A stretch of 35,219 nucleotides of DNA, taken from assembly GCA_022562655.1 (NCBI GenBank), contig JADFOU010000001.1, positions 392 to 35,610 of the forward strand, given 5' to 3'. The notes under the pieces were generated by a model. The model had not been told where the DNA came from. It did no database searches and was given only the letters and a program-made list of their open reading frames with translations. The DNA is from a candidate division TA06 bacterium (GTDB lineage: Bacteria > Hydrothermota > DG-26 > E44-bin18 > JADFOU01). A program made the position numbers and the translations under genes. Below are positions 17,699 through 26,769 of the stretch, in pieces. Every line of letters starts with the position of its first letter. The first letter of the stretch is position 1.

Positions 17699-18958
17699 TT
17701 ACTCATTCAGAATCCAGAGGATTGGATCTTCCAAGTATTCCACCAGGCGGTGAAGGAACTGAGATGCAACGCCTCCATCTACCACGCGATGATCCCAGGT
17801 ACCGGAAAGGCTTGTCATCCAAGAAATGACAATGTTTCCATTCCGAACAACAGGTCTCTCCATAATCCGGTTGACACCTAATATCCCCACCTGAGGCTGA
17901 TTGATGATGGGGGTTGCCGCAATCGTTCCATACATCCCAGCATTGGTGATGGTAAAGGTCCCACCTTGCACCTCATCCAGAGTGAGTTTGTTCGTTCGGG
18001 CTCTCTCCCCCAAATCCTTCAACTCCCGTGTTATCTCCAGGAGGTTTTTCTGGTCGGCATTTTTTAAAACGGGGACAATGAGTCCTTCCTCTCTATGAAC
18101 TGCAATTCCAATATTGTAGTATTTTTTGAGATGGAGTTTGTCCCCATTCAGTGAGGAGTTAAGAAGAGGGAAATCCTTCAGGGCGAGAATCAGTGCCTTA
18201 ACAATGAAGGGGGTATAGGTAAGGTGGACCCCGAATTTCTCCTCAATGTTCTTTTGATTCCTTTTGACAAATTGGACAATGCCAGTCATGTCCGCCTCAT
18301 CGATTGTAGTGTAATGGGCGGAAGTCTGTTGGGAACGGATCATGTGATCGGCGATGGCTTTCCGAACAGTCGTGAAGGGTATGACCTCCTCCTCTCCGAG
18401 GGGAGTTGTGACTCTCTCCCCAACGAGAGGGGTAGGGGCGCCAACGGGTGTAGGTGTGGGTGCCCCTTTCCGACTCTCAATAAACTTGAGAATATCCTCC
18501 TTCGACACCCGTCCACCCCCTCCCGTTCCCTGAATCTCATCTATATTGATGTTATACTCCCTTGCCAGCCTCCGAACGGCTGGAGAAGATCTCTTTTTGG
18601 GTGCTTCTGAGACGACTGAAGGCCCCACTGTAGTCTTGGACTCCACAATCGGGACTGTAGGCCTCTCCTCTTTGACCTCGGAAGCAGGAACAGAAGCTTT
18701 GGATATAATTTCCGCAGCCCCCTCTCCATTCAGGACTCCAATCTGGGTTCCGATAGGCACAACAGCTCCCTCCTCCTGAAGGATTTTCACGAGAATTCCT
18801 TCTTCCGGTGACGGGAGTTCCACATTGATCTTATCGGTCATAATCTCGACAACGGGCTCGTCCTTTCCAACCTTTTCCCCCTCCTTCTTCAGCCATTTGA
18901 CGATCGTCCCTTCGACAATACTCTCTCCCAAAGGCGGAACCACAATTGATACAGCCAT
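17699..18958 (-). CDS. Dihydrolipoamide acyltransferase (E2) of a 2-oxoacid dehydrogenase complex
   Basis: A single lipoyl domain (EIMTDKINVELPSP), a subunit-binding domain (SPAVRRLAREYNI) and the catalytic DHRVVDG motif. AAGGAGGA SD present. Confidence 0.93.
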   Translation of the reverse strand: MAVSIVVPPLGESIVEGTIVKWLKKEGEKVGKDEPVVEIMTDKINVELPSPEEGILVKILQEEGAVVPIGTQIGVLNGEGAAEIISKASVPASEVKEERPTVPIVESKTTVGPSVVSEAPKKRSSPAVRRLAREYNINIDEIQGTGGGGRVSKEDILKFIESRKGAPTPTPVGAPTPLVGERVTTPLGEEEVIPFTTVRKAIADHMIRSQQTSAHYTTIDEADMTGIVQFVKRNQKNIEEKFGVHLTYTPFIVKALILALKDFPLLNSSLNGDKLHLKKYYNIGIAVHREEGLIVPVLKNADQKNLLEITRELKDLGERARTNKLTLDEVQGGTFTITNAGMYGTIAATPIINQPQVGILGVNRIMERPVVRNGNIVISWMTSLSGTWDHRVVDGGVASQFLHRLVEYLEDPILWILNE

Positions 18959-19214
18959 CTCTCAGATCCTCCTTGAAGTTTCTAAATATTATAAAGTTAT
19001 TCTACAAATATCGTTTGTTAGTTGCGTCAATCAATTGAAAAATAAAAATGAAAAGAGAAAAAATTAAAGATTCGATTCAAAATTAAAACTTAAAACTTCA
19101 ATGCCAAGGTATTTCGTATCGTTCAATACATTACTTTTTTAGAATCATCCACTGAGCTCTTTGAACTTTGTCCGCCTTAGGCGGATTGCCCTTTTCTTTT
19201 TTCTTTTTCAATTT

Positions 19215-20198
19215 TCAGTATTCCACCGTTTTTCGAATGACTTTAGCAATTTTCTCAGCATTCGGCATATGGAACTTCTCCATGGGAATCGAAAAAGGAA
19301 TGGGGGGGACATCGGGAGCACACACTCGATGGATCGGGGCATCCAAATAGTCGAAAGCCTCTTCAGCAAGAATGGCGGCCAGTTCTCCCCCAAATCCTCC
19401 AGTCCGATTCTCCTCGTGGGCGATGACCACCCTCCCCGTCTTCTTCAGGGAATTGATCAGCGTCTCCTTGTCAATGGGTACCAGGGTCCGGAAGTCTATC
19501 ACCTCTACACTGACCCCCTCCTTCTCCATCATTTCTGAAGCTTCTAAAGCTGAACGGACCATATTCCCCCAGACAACAAGAGTCACATCCTCCCCCTCTC
19601 TTCGAATGGCTGCAGGTCCTATGGGGACGATGTAGTCATTCTCCGGAATATCATCCTTGACACTTCGATAGAGGGCTTTGTGTTCGAAGAGGATGACGGG
19701 GTCTTCCTGCCGAAGAGCCGCTTTGAGAAGTCCCTTAGCGTCGTAGGCTGTAGAAGGGTAGACCACCTTCAGACCGGGGGTATGGCAGAACCAAGCGGTA
19801 TTCTCCTGGGAGTGATAGAGACCTGCTTGGACTCCCCCTCCACTATTGGTTCGGATCAGAACAGGGCAGGACCATCCTCCACCGGAACGGTACCGCATCT
19901 TCGCCATGTGCTGAGTAATTTGATCCATTGCCAAGGAGATAAAGTCTGCGAACTGAATCATGGCGATGGGACGCATCCCCATCATCGCTGAGCCCACGCC
20001 AAGACCCGCGATAAGATTCTCAGAGATGGGAGTATCAATCACCCGATCACTCCCAAACTCATGAAAGAGACCCCGGGTCTCCCCCCAGACCCCTCCATGA
20101 ACCCCCACATCCTCACCGAAGAGGAAGATGCTCTCATCCCTCCGCATCTCCTCCGCCGTCCCATCCACAATCGCTTGGATAAAAGTCGTTACAGCCAT
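19215..20198 (-). CDS. 2-oxoacid dehydrogenase E1 component, beta subunit
   Basis: 327 aa with transketolase-like pyrimidine-binding and C-terminal domains (FGEDVG, DTPISE). Confidence 0.93.
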   Translation of the reverse strand: MAVTTFIQAIVDGTAEEMRRDESIFLFGEDVGVHGGVWGETRGLFHEFGSDRVIDTPISENLIAGLGVGSAMMGMRPIAMIQFADFISLAMDQITQHMAKMRYRSGGGWSCPVLIRTNSGGGVQAGLYHSQENTAWFCHTPGLKVVYPSTAYDAKGLLKAALRQEDPVILFEHKALYRSVKDDIPENDYIVPIGPAAIRREGEDVTLVVWGNMVRSALEASEMMEKEGVSVEVIDFRTLVPIDKETLINSLKKTGRVVIAHEENRTGGFGGELAAILAEEAFDYLDAPIHRVCAPDVPPIPFSIPMEKFHMPNAEKIAKVIRKTVEY

Positions 20199-20205
20199 AT
20201 TGTGC

Positions 20206-20220
20206 TACCCGATTCGGGTA
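20206..20220 (-). promoter_or_regulatory. 15-nt hairpin (tacccga-t-tcgggta) lying between an SD-like AAAGGAG and the E1beta start codon
   Basis: mRNA sense reads TAAAAAGGAG-TACCCGAATCGGGTA-GCACAAT-ATG. GGAG is 22 nt from the ATG in linear sequence and 7 nt away if the hairpin forms. Confidence 0.3.
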
Positions 20221-20227
20221 CTCCTTT

Positions 20228-21256
20228 TTATGTCCGTATGGGTTCAGGCTTCACCTTCTCCGCCTTCGGCCGCTCATAAATCATCGTCTGATTGCCCGCA
20301 TAGACATCCGTTAGAGCCTCCTCCGGAGCAGGGAGAGGGCTCTCTTCGGCAAATTTGATCGCCGCCTCAATCTCTTCCTCAACCTCCTTCTCAATCTCTG
20401 CTTTAATCTTATCATCCAAAACCCCATTCTTACGGAGAAAAGCCTCAAATCGTGGGAGGGGGTCCTTCTTCTTCCACTCCTCCACCTCTTCCTTCATCCG
20501 GTAATTAGCGGGATCCACTTCCGAATGACCATACCACCGATAGGTTTTCATCTCGATGAGGGTGGGACCTTCACCTTTTCTGGCACGCTCAATCGCCTTT
20601 TTCGACTCTTCGTAAACCGCCACCACATCATTTCCGTCAATGCTGATCCCGGGAAATCCATAGGCTTTTGCCCGGTCCGAATAGTCAATGATGGCGGATG
20701 TGAATTTGTAATGGACTGACTCCGCCCAGAGGTTATTTTGACAGACAAATACGATGGGTAGTTTATGAACCCCTGCGAAGTTGCAGGCTTCATGCCAGCT
20801 TCCCTGGGAGGTGCCCCCTTCCCCAGTGAAGGCGAGGACGACACGGGGTTCTTTTCGGATCTTGAAGGCTAAGGCACATCCTGTTCCGATTACCGTTTGG
20901 GCCGCAACAGTGCTGGCAGGAGTGATGATATTCAGTTCGGGATAACCAAAGTGACACGGATGGGATTTTCCTTTATCGGGGCTCGTCTTTCGGGCGTAGA
21001 TTTGTGCGGCAATATATTTCGTGGGCATCCCCTTTCCAAAACAGGCACCAATCTCCCGATGCTGGGGACCGACGACATCCTCTTTCCTCGCAAGAAAGGT
21101 AGGCACAACCGTCGTCGCCTCCTGTCCGACGCACGAAAAAAAGGTCCCTGCATATCTTGCCTGGCGGAAGAGGGTCCGCATCTTCTCATCAAAGTTCCTG
21201 CAGAGGAGAAGTCTGTAAAAAAGTCTCCTTTGATCTTCTTTATTGAGATCCATCAT
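20228..21256 (-). CDS. 2-oxoacid dehydrogenase E1 component, alpha subunit (ThDP-dependent)
   Basis: ThDP-binding region (FTGEGGTSQGSWHEACNFA...NNLWA). Start set at ATG 21256 (MMDLNKEDQ) with AAGGTGA 5 nt upstream. The longer track ORF would translate a perfect palindrome. Confidence 0.9.
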   Translation of the reverse strand: MMDLNKEDQRRLFYRLLLCRNFDEKMRTLFRQARYAGTFFSCVGQEATTVVPTFLARKEDVVGPQHREIGACFGKGMPTKYIAAQIYARKTSPDKGKSHPCHFGYPELNIITPASTVAAQTVIGTGCALAFKIRKEPRVVLAFTGEGGTSQGSWHEACNFAGVHKLPIVFVCQNNLWAESVHYKFTSAIIDYSDRAKAYGFPGISIDGNDVVAVYEESKKAIERARKGEGPTLIEMKTYRWYGHSEVDPANYRMKEEVEEWKKKDPLPRFEAFLRKNGVLDDKIKAEIEKEVEEEIEAAIKFAEESPLPAPEEALTDVYAGNQTMIYERPKAEKVKPEPIRT

Positions 21257-21313
21257 GTCTTCACCTTTTTGCTTTGCATTCAGCATATTAAATCTGATTA
21301 AATCTGCTAAATC

Positions 21314-21333
21314 CCTGCCTGCCGGCAGGCAGG
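21314..21333 (-). terminator. Perfect 20-nt GC-rich palindrome (cctgcctgccggcaggcagg) just after the methyltransferase stop
   Basis: Read directly from the sequence. In mRNA sense it is followed by GATTTAG-CAGATTTAAT-CAGATTTAAT, a 10-nt tandem repeat that is moderately U-rich. Confidence 0.35.
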
Positions 21334-21339
21334 CGCTGA

Positions 21340-21990
21340 TCAAATTTTAATACTCACAGAAATTCCATCCCTTATAGGAAGAATGGTAGTGAACAATTCC
21401 TCGGATCCATAGATTAATTGAGTAAAATCTTGAATTCCTTTTGTCGCCTCATCCGGATCTTTGGAAAGGACTTCCCCATGCCACAAGAGGTTGTCGCTGA
21501 TGAGGAGTCCTCCCTTGCGAAGTTTTGGAACCGCCTTTCGGAAGACTTCCGGATACTGCTCTTTATCCACATCATTGAAGATGATGTCAAAAGGACCTTC
21601 TTCCTCTTCGATCGCCTCGAGGGCATCTCCATTCCGGAAATCGACCCGATCTTCCATTCCCCCTTTTTTGAAGAATTCTCTTGCCAGACAAACATTTTCT
21701 TCACTTCCCTCGACGCAGAAGATCTTTCCACCGTCTTGCCCGGACCGGGAATCCCCGAGACCCTTGGCAAGCCAATAGGCAGAGTAACCAAAGCCCGAGC
21801 CTAATTCGAAAATCTTTCTTGCTTGTGACAACATCACCAACTGGTAGAGGATTCGCCCTACAAGAGGACCCACAATAGGAAAATTCCTCTCCTCAGCCAG
21901 AGACTCCATCTCTTTCAGGACTGGGTCTCTCTCTGGAGTCACTTTGAAGAGGTAATCGACTATTTCAGGATCGATGATCTTCTTTCTCAA
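21340..21990 (-). CDS. Class I SAM-dependent O-methyltransferase (caffeoyl-CoA OMT-like, family 3)
   Basis: ELGSGFGYSAYWLA SAM motif, and DIIFNDVDKEQYPE, typical of family-3 OMTs. The TTG start overlaps the bcp stop. Confidence 0.85.
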   Translation of the reverse strand: MRKKIIDPEIVDYLFKVTPERDPVLKEMESLAEERNFPIVGPLVGRILYQLVMLSQARKIFELGSGFGYSAYWLAKGLGDSRSGQDGGKIFCVEGSEENVCLAREFFKKGGMEDRVDFRNGDALEAIEEEEGPFDIIFNDVDKEQYPEVFRKAVPKLRKGGLLISDNLLWHGEVLSKDPDEATKGIQDFTQLIYGSEELFTTILPIRDGISVSIKI

Positions 21991-22421
21991 CGAATCTTCT
22001 CCAAAACTTCATCGATGTGCCCTTTTACCTTGACTTGAGGAAAGGCATGGGCGATTTTCCCTTCCCGATCAATGATAAAAGTGGAACGTTTGGATGTTCG
22101 AAAGAGACTTAAAACACCATAAGTTTTTGAAATTTTTCGATCTTTATCAGAGAGAAGAAGAAATTTCAGGTCGTATTTCTCCGTGAAGGTCTTGTGAGAC
22201 TTGGGACCATCCACACTCACCCCAATGATCTGAGAATTCAACGCATCGAATTCCTTCAGGTGCTCATTGAACCCACAGGCCTCCTTTGTGCACCCTGGGG
22301 TGTTGTCCTTGGGGTAAAAATAGAGTACGACACTCTTTCCTCGAAAATCGGAAAGGCGGATTTTCTTCCCATCAAAGGTCTCCCCTTCAAAATCAGGCGC
22401 TTTCTCTCCCACAGTATTCAT
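21987..22421 (-). CDS. bcp: Thioredoxin-dependent peroxiredoxin Bcp
   Basis: KAPDF...VVLYFYPKDNTPGCTKEAC peroxidatic Cys motif. It is a paralogue of the Bcp domain at 11316..11768. Confidence 0.9.
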   Translation of the reverse strand: MNTVGEKAPDFEGETFDGKKIRLSDFRGKSVVLYFYPKDNTPGCTKEACGFNEHLKEFDALNSQIIGVSVDGPKSHKTFTEKYDLKFLLLSDKDRKISKTYGVLSLFRTSKRSTFIIDREGKIAHAFPQVKVKGHIDEVLEKIR

Positions 22422-22450
22422 TGCTAATTTTGAATTTTAAAATGATCGAT

Positions 22451-23293
22451 TTAAAATGAATCCGTTATCTTCACCACAGCCATCCTTCCATCTTTCTTCT
22501 GCAAGTGACCCAAGGGGGTATTCACATCATGCTCAAAGATCAAAAGCCAGTTTTCCTCCAGGGCTTGTGGGAGGATTTTCTTCTTCGTCTCTAAAGTGTC
22601 CATGGGCTTCAGGTCATACGCCATAATATAAGGATAAGGAACATGAGAAGTCATGGGGACTAAATCTCCTAAGAAGAGGGCATTCTTTCCCTCAGACTCA
22701 ATGAAGACACACTGGTGGTGGCCGGTATGTCCAGGGGTTCGGATAACGGAGATCCCCTCCATAATCTCCTCATCCCCATCCAAGAATTCGAACTGCCCTC
22801 TTTCCTCGATCGGAACAAAATTTCTCGAAAAATAACTCGCCTTCGTCCTGTCATTCGGATGGGTCGCTTCTTCAAACTCACCCCTCTGGACAAAATATTT
22901 CGCCTTCGGAAAGGTAGAAACAACTTTTCCATCAAGAATATGTGTATTCCCTCCACAATGGTCAAAGTGGAAATGGGTATTGATCACAAGGTCAATATCC
23001 TTTGGCTCGAGACCCAATTCCTTGAGATGGGCTACCAGCCCTGGATTCCTCTCCACGCCGTAGATGTCGCAGAACTTCTCCACCTCTTTCCCACCGATCC
23101 CCGTATCCATCAGGATGTTCTTACCATAGGCACGAACGAGAAGACAGTTCAGACCCATTAAAATACGGTTCCGCTCATCGGGTGGATTGGTCTTCTCCCA
23201 GAGGACCTTTGGCACCACCCCAAACATCGCGCCCCCATCCAGCCGCTGGACCCCATCCGAGACGATATGAATCTCAAACTCCCCGAATTTCAT
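22451..23293 (-). CDS. MBL-fold metallo-hydrolase
   Basis: HFHFDHCGG (HxHxDH) plus a downstream TPGHTGHH. Confidence 0.85.
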   Translation of the reverse strand: MKFGEFEIHIVSDGVQRLDGGAMFGVVPKVLWEKTNPPDERNRILMGLNCLLVRAYGKNILMDTGIGGKEVEKFCDIYGVERNPGLVAHLKELGLEPKDIDLVINTHFHFDHCGGNTHILDGKVVSTFPKAKYFVQRGEFEEATHPNDRTKASYFSRNFVPIEERGQFEFLDGDEEIMEGISVIRTPGHTGHHQCVFIESEGKNALFLGDLVPMTSHVPYPYIMAYDLKPMDTLETKKKILPQALEENWLLIFEHDVNTPLGHLQKKDGRMAVVKITDSF

Positions 23294-23309
23294 GGTTCCA
23301 TCAATAGTT

Positions 23310-24755
23310 CTACCCTTTTATCACCCCAATCGGTTTCAATTTTGCAACGATCTTGGAAATCCCTGCCCCTGCCACGACATTGACAACTTTTGCTACGTCC
23401 TTATAAGCCTCCGGGATTTCCTCCACAAGGGTTCTCCATCCCTGCCCTCGAACCTCAACCCCTTGATCCCTTAATTCCTTCACAATATCCCTTCCCCGGC
23501 TCGCCCTCTTCGCCTTAGCACGACTCATCCGTCGTCCGGCACCATGACAGGTGGAACCGAAGGTCTCCTCCATGGCCCGATCCGTCCCCACCAAGACAAA
23601 GGAGTATCTCCCCATATCCCCGGGTATCAGGACCGGCTGACCCACATCCCGGTAGACATCAGGAAGGACCTCATGACCGGCGGGAAAGGCTCTTGTCGCC
23701 CCCTTTCGGTGGACACAGAGCTTTCGCTCCTTCCCATTCACCATGTGGGTCTCGAATTTGGCAATATTGTGACAGACGTCATAGATCATTCGAAGTCCTA
23801 AATCCCTCGGAGAGAGATCCAGAACCTTCTGGAGGGTCTCCCGGACCCAATGGGTGATCATCTGACGATTCGCCCAGGCATAATTCGCGGCACACCGCAT
23901 CGCCCCGATATAGTCCTTCGCCTCTTTTGTCGAGAGGGGAGCACATGCCAACTGCCGATCCGGGAGCTCGATCCCTTCCCTCGCCACCACTCTTGCCATT
24001 ACCTTCAAATAGTCGTCACAAACCTGATGACCAAATCCCCGTGACCCACAGTGGATGATGACGGTGATCAGGTCTTTCTCGAGACCCAAGACTTGAGCGA
24101 TCTTTTCATCATAGACCTCCTCCACGAAACCCACCTCACAAAAGTGGTTCCCGGACCCGAGAGAGCCCAGTTGTTCCTTCCCTCTCTTCTTTGCTATATC
24201 ACTGACTGCATCCGGGTTAGACCCTTTCAGACAGCCTCCATCCTCCGTCCGTTCCAAATCGGTCTCAGTGCCATACCCATGCTCAATCGCCCACCTCGCC
24301 CCCTGAACAAAGACCTTCTCCTCATCCTGATGGGAGAGTCTGATCCTCCCTTTTGAGCCCACACCGGTAGGAACCCCTGCCATGAGAGCGTCCACGACGG
24401 CCTTCATCTTCTCCTGAATATCTTTTCGAAAGAGGTTGGAAGCCAAGAGGCGAACCCCGCAGTTGATATCATACCCCACCCCTCCTGGAGAGATCACCCC
24501 CTCTTCTGCATCCGTCGCCGCCACCCCTCCAATGGGAAACCCGTAGCCCCAGTGGATGTCGGGCATCGCCAAAGAGTACTTGACGATCCCAGGAAGTTCC
24601 GCCACATTCTTCACCTGTTGAAGGGCCTGGTCCAGACGGATCTCCTCAAGCAGAGAGGCATCGGCATAGATCATCCCGGGCACCCGCATCTTCCCTTCCT
24701 GGGGAATCATCCAGCGGTAGTCATCAATCTTCTGAAGTTTTATCTTTTCGTCCAT
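23310..24755 (-). CDS. rtcB: RNA 3'-phosphate/5'-OH ligase RtcB
   Basis: MPDIHWGYGFPIGGV, GYDINCGV, GSGNHF and HCGSRGFGHQ. Full length at 481 aa. Confidence 0.95.
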   Translation of the reverse strand: MDEKIKLQKIDDYRWMIPQEGKMRVPGMIYADASLLEEIRLDQALQQVKNVAELPGIVKYSLAMPDIHWGYGFPIGGVAATDAEEGVISPGGVGYDINCGVRLLASNLFRKDIQEKMKAVVDALMAGVPTGVGSKGRIRLSHQDEEKVFVQGARWAIEHGYGTETDLERTEDGGCLKGSNPDAVSDIAKKRGKEQLGSLGSGNHFCEVGFVEEVYDEKIAQVLGLEKDLITVIIHCGSRGFGHQVCDDYLKVMARVVAREGIELPDRQLACAPLSTKEAKDYIGAMRCAANYAWANRQMITHWVRETLQKVLDLSPRDLGLRMIYDVCHNIAKFETHMVNGKERKLCVHRKGATRAFPAGHEVLPDVYRDVGQPVLIPGDMGRYSFVLVGTDRAMEETFGSTCHGAGRRMSRAKAKRASRGRDIVKELRDQGVEVRGQGWRTLVEEIPEAYKDVAKVVNVVAGAGISKIVAKLKPIGVIKG

Positions 24756-24813
24756 AATAATAAGGATATTATTGGTTAAATGGTTGAATGGTTAAATTTA
24801 ATTATTTAACGAA
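24756..24813. repeat. Intergenic GGTTAAAT-family element, copy C
   Basis: ggttaaatggt at 24774..24784 and ggttaaattta at 24790..24800, followed by tatttaacgaattacgatttaacc running into the transketolase stop. Confidence 0.6.
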
Positions 24814-25776
24814 TTACGATTTAACCAGATCCTTGACAGCCTTCACAACATTTTTAGGAGTGAGGCCGTATTTTTCAAAGAGAGCGTCCGGTGAGCCCGA
24901 CTCCCCAAAGACATCTCGAACACCCACTCGTCGCATGGGAACCGGATACCGCTCCGTCACCACCTCCGCCACTGCCCCTCCCAGACCTCCATAGATATTG
25001 TGCTCCTCCACGGTCACAATCCTCCCTGTCTCCCGGGCAGCTTTTTCAATGGCATCTTGATCAATCGGTTTAATGGTGGACATGTTGACTACCCGAACCT
25101 CAATCCCCTCCTTCGCCAATTCCTCAGCCGCCTGTATTCCAACAGCCACCATCTGTCCGCAGGCAATGATCGTCGCCTGGCTCCCCTCCCGAAGGGTTAC
25201 GGCTTTTCCTAAGGTGAATTTCTGATGAAATGACTGGTCATTTTCATCCAGAATCGTCGGAACTTTGTTCCGTGTCATTCGGATATAGACCGGACTCTTC
25301 GGTTTGTCCCAGATCTCATGAATCAGCGCCTTAGTCTCCGCCGCATCACAGGGGACGATTACCGATATATTAGGAATGGAACGCATAATGGCAAAATCCT
25401 CACAAGCCTGGGCTGATGAACCATCCTCCCCGATGGAAATCCCCCCATGGGAGAGACATATTCGAACGGGAAGGTTCGGCCTGCAGATGGTGTTCCGAAT
25501 CTGCTCCCACGCCCTCCCCGCTCCGAAGATGACAAAGGTAGAGACAAAGGGGATCTTGCCAGAGACGGCGAGCCCTGCCGCCGTGCACATCATATCCGCT
25601 TCACTGATCCCCATCTCAAAGAACCGCTCCGGAAACTTATCGGCAAATCGGCGGGTTTGGGTGGAACCCGCAAGATCGGCGTCCAGGGCAACGATCTCGG
25701 GGTGGATTTCCCCTAATTCAGCAAGGGCGACCCCATAGGCGTTCCGGGTAGATTCTCTTTCTCCGAGTTTAACCAT
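24814..25776 (-). CDS. Transketolase, C-terminal (pyrimidine-binding) subunit
   Basis: 320 aa with the typical split-transketolase B subunit sequence (FFEMGISEADM, THGGISIGEDG-like). Confidence 0.9.
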   Translation of the reverse strand: MVKLGERESTRNAYGVALAELGEIHPEIVALDADLAGSTQTRRFADKFPERFFEMGISEADMMCTAAGLAVSGKIPFVSTFVIFGAGRAWEQIRNTICRPNLPVRICLSHGGISIGEDGSSAQACEDFAIMRSIPNISVIVPCDAAETKALIHEIWDKPKSPVYIRMTRNKVPTILDENDQSFHQKFTLGKAVTLREGSQATIIACGQMVAVGIQAAEELAKEGIEVRVVNMSTIKPIDQDAIEKAARETGRIVTVEEHNIYGGLGGAVAEVVTERYPVPMRRVGVRDVFGESGSPDALFEKYGLTPKNVVKAVKDLVKS

Positions 25777-25821
25777 TTTTCATTTGACATTCAGAATTCT
25801 ACATTCAGTATTCGATATTCA

Positions 25822-26745
25822 TTATTCACTTTCATCCAGTTCCTTTATGGCCTGCTCCATCTGTTCTCTTGTCGCTGACTTGCCGTGGAAGCCGACATTG
25901 TTCTCCATAAAGGAGACCCCTTTCCCCTTCACCGTCTGGGCAACAATCATGGTGGGTTTCCCTTTCGTCGCTTTCGCTTCATCGAGGGCGGCAAAAATCT
26001 CGTCGAAATTATGCCCGTCAATCTCGATGGTATGCCAGCCAAAGGCGCACCACTTTTCCGCCAAGGGAGCAATGTCCATCACCTCTTCCACAGTCCCCTC
26101 TGTTTCCAAATGATTATAATCTATAATACCGCAAACGTGGTCAAGTTTGTAATGAGCACCTGACATCGCAGCCTCCCAGACCGATCCCTCCTGCTGTTCC
26201 CCATCCCCCATCACCACATAAACCCGATAATCCTTCCCATCCAACCTCCCCGCCAGCGCCATCCCATTCCCCACAGAGAGCCCGTGTCCAAGAGAGCCTG
26301 TGGAGATCTCCAGGGTTGGCAGGTGGATCATACAGGGATGTCCCTGAAGAGGGGAGCCCAACTTTCTCAAAGTGGGAAGAATCTCGTGAGCAATATAGCC
26401 CGTTCGGGCGTAGACCGAATAGAGAGCAGGACACCCATGGCCCTTGGAGAGGATAAACCGATCCCGATCCGCCCAGTAGCGGTCATTGGGCTTATGTCTC
26501 ATCTCCCCCCAGAAGAGAGCCACCAAAAGATCTGTGGCAGAGAGGGAACCGCCAGGATGGCCCGAACCCGCCTCCGTCGTCATGCGAATGATATCTTTCC
26601 GAACCTCCCTCGCAATTTCCCTCAGTACCTTCTCATCTCGGGTCTGGGAGAAGGGAGAGACCCTCTCTATATTGACAGGAGATTCTGGTGCCGTTTTCAT
26701 CACCTTTGCTGTGATCATTTCCCTTTTCATCTCTTTCACCTTCAT
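25822..26745 (-). CDS. Transketolase, N-terminal (ThDP-binding) subunit
   Basis: GSGHPGGSLS, SKGHGCPALY and GDGEQQEG. The true start may be one of the internal Met codons (M6, M10 or M16). Confidence 0.9.
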   Translation of the reverse strand: MKVKEMKREMITAKVMKTAPESPVNIERVSPFSQTRDEKVLREIAREVRKDIIRMTTEAGSGHPGGSLSATDLLVALFWGEMRHKPNDRYWADRDRFILSKGHGCPALYSVYARTGYIAHEILPTLRKLGSPLQGHPCMIHLPTLEISTGSLGHGLSVGNGMALAGRLDGKDYRVYVVMGDGEQQEGSVWEAAMSGAHYKLDHVCGIIDYNHLETEGTVEEVMDIAPLAEKWCAFGWHTIEIDGHNFDEIFAALDEAKATKGKPTMIVAQTVKGKGVSFMENNVGFHGKSATREQMEQAIKELDESE

Positions 26746-26769
26746 CTCTTCCCCAAGAGATGAAGGTGG

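Noticed and set aside
21257-21343. N-terminal extension of the E1 alpha ORF (MISACLPAGRDLADLIRFN...).
   Set aside because: It would translate the perfect 20-nt palindrome and the 10-nt tandem repeats, and it would overlap the methyltransferase stop. ATG 21256 has an AAGGTGA SD.
21987-22421. The stand-alone bcp together with the methyltransferase, MBL hydrolase and rtcB as a possible stress/repair system.
   Set aside because: These are all common housekeeping-type genes. I know of no functional link among them beyond adjacency and short overlaps, so this is not enough to claim a system.
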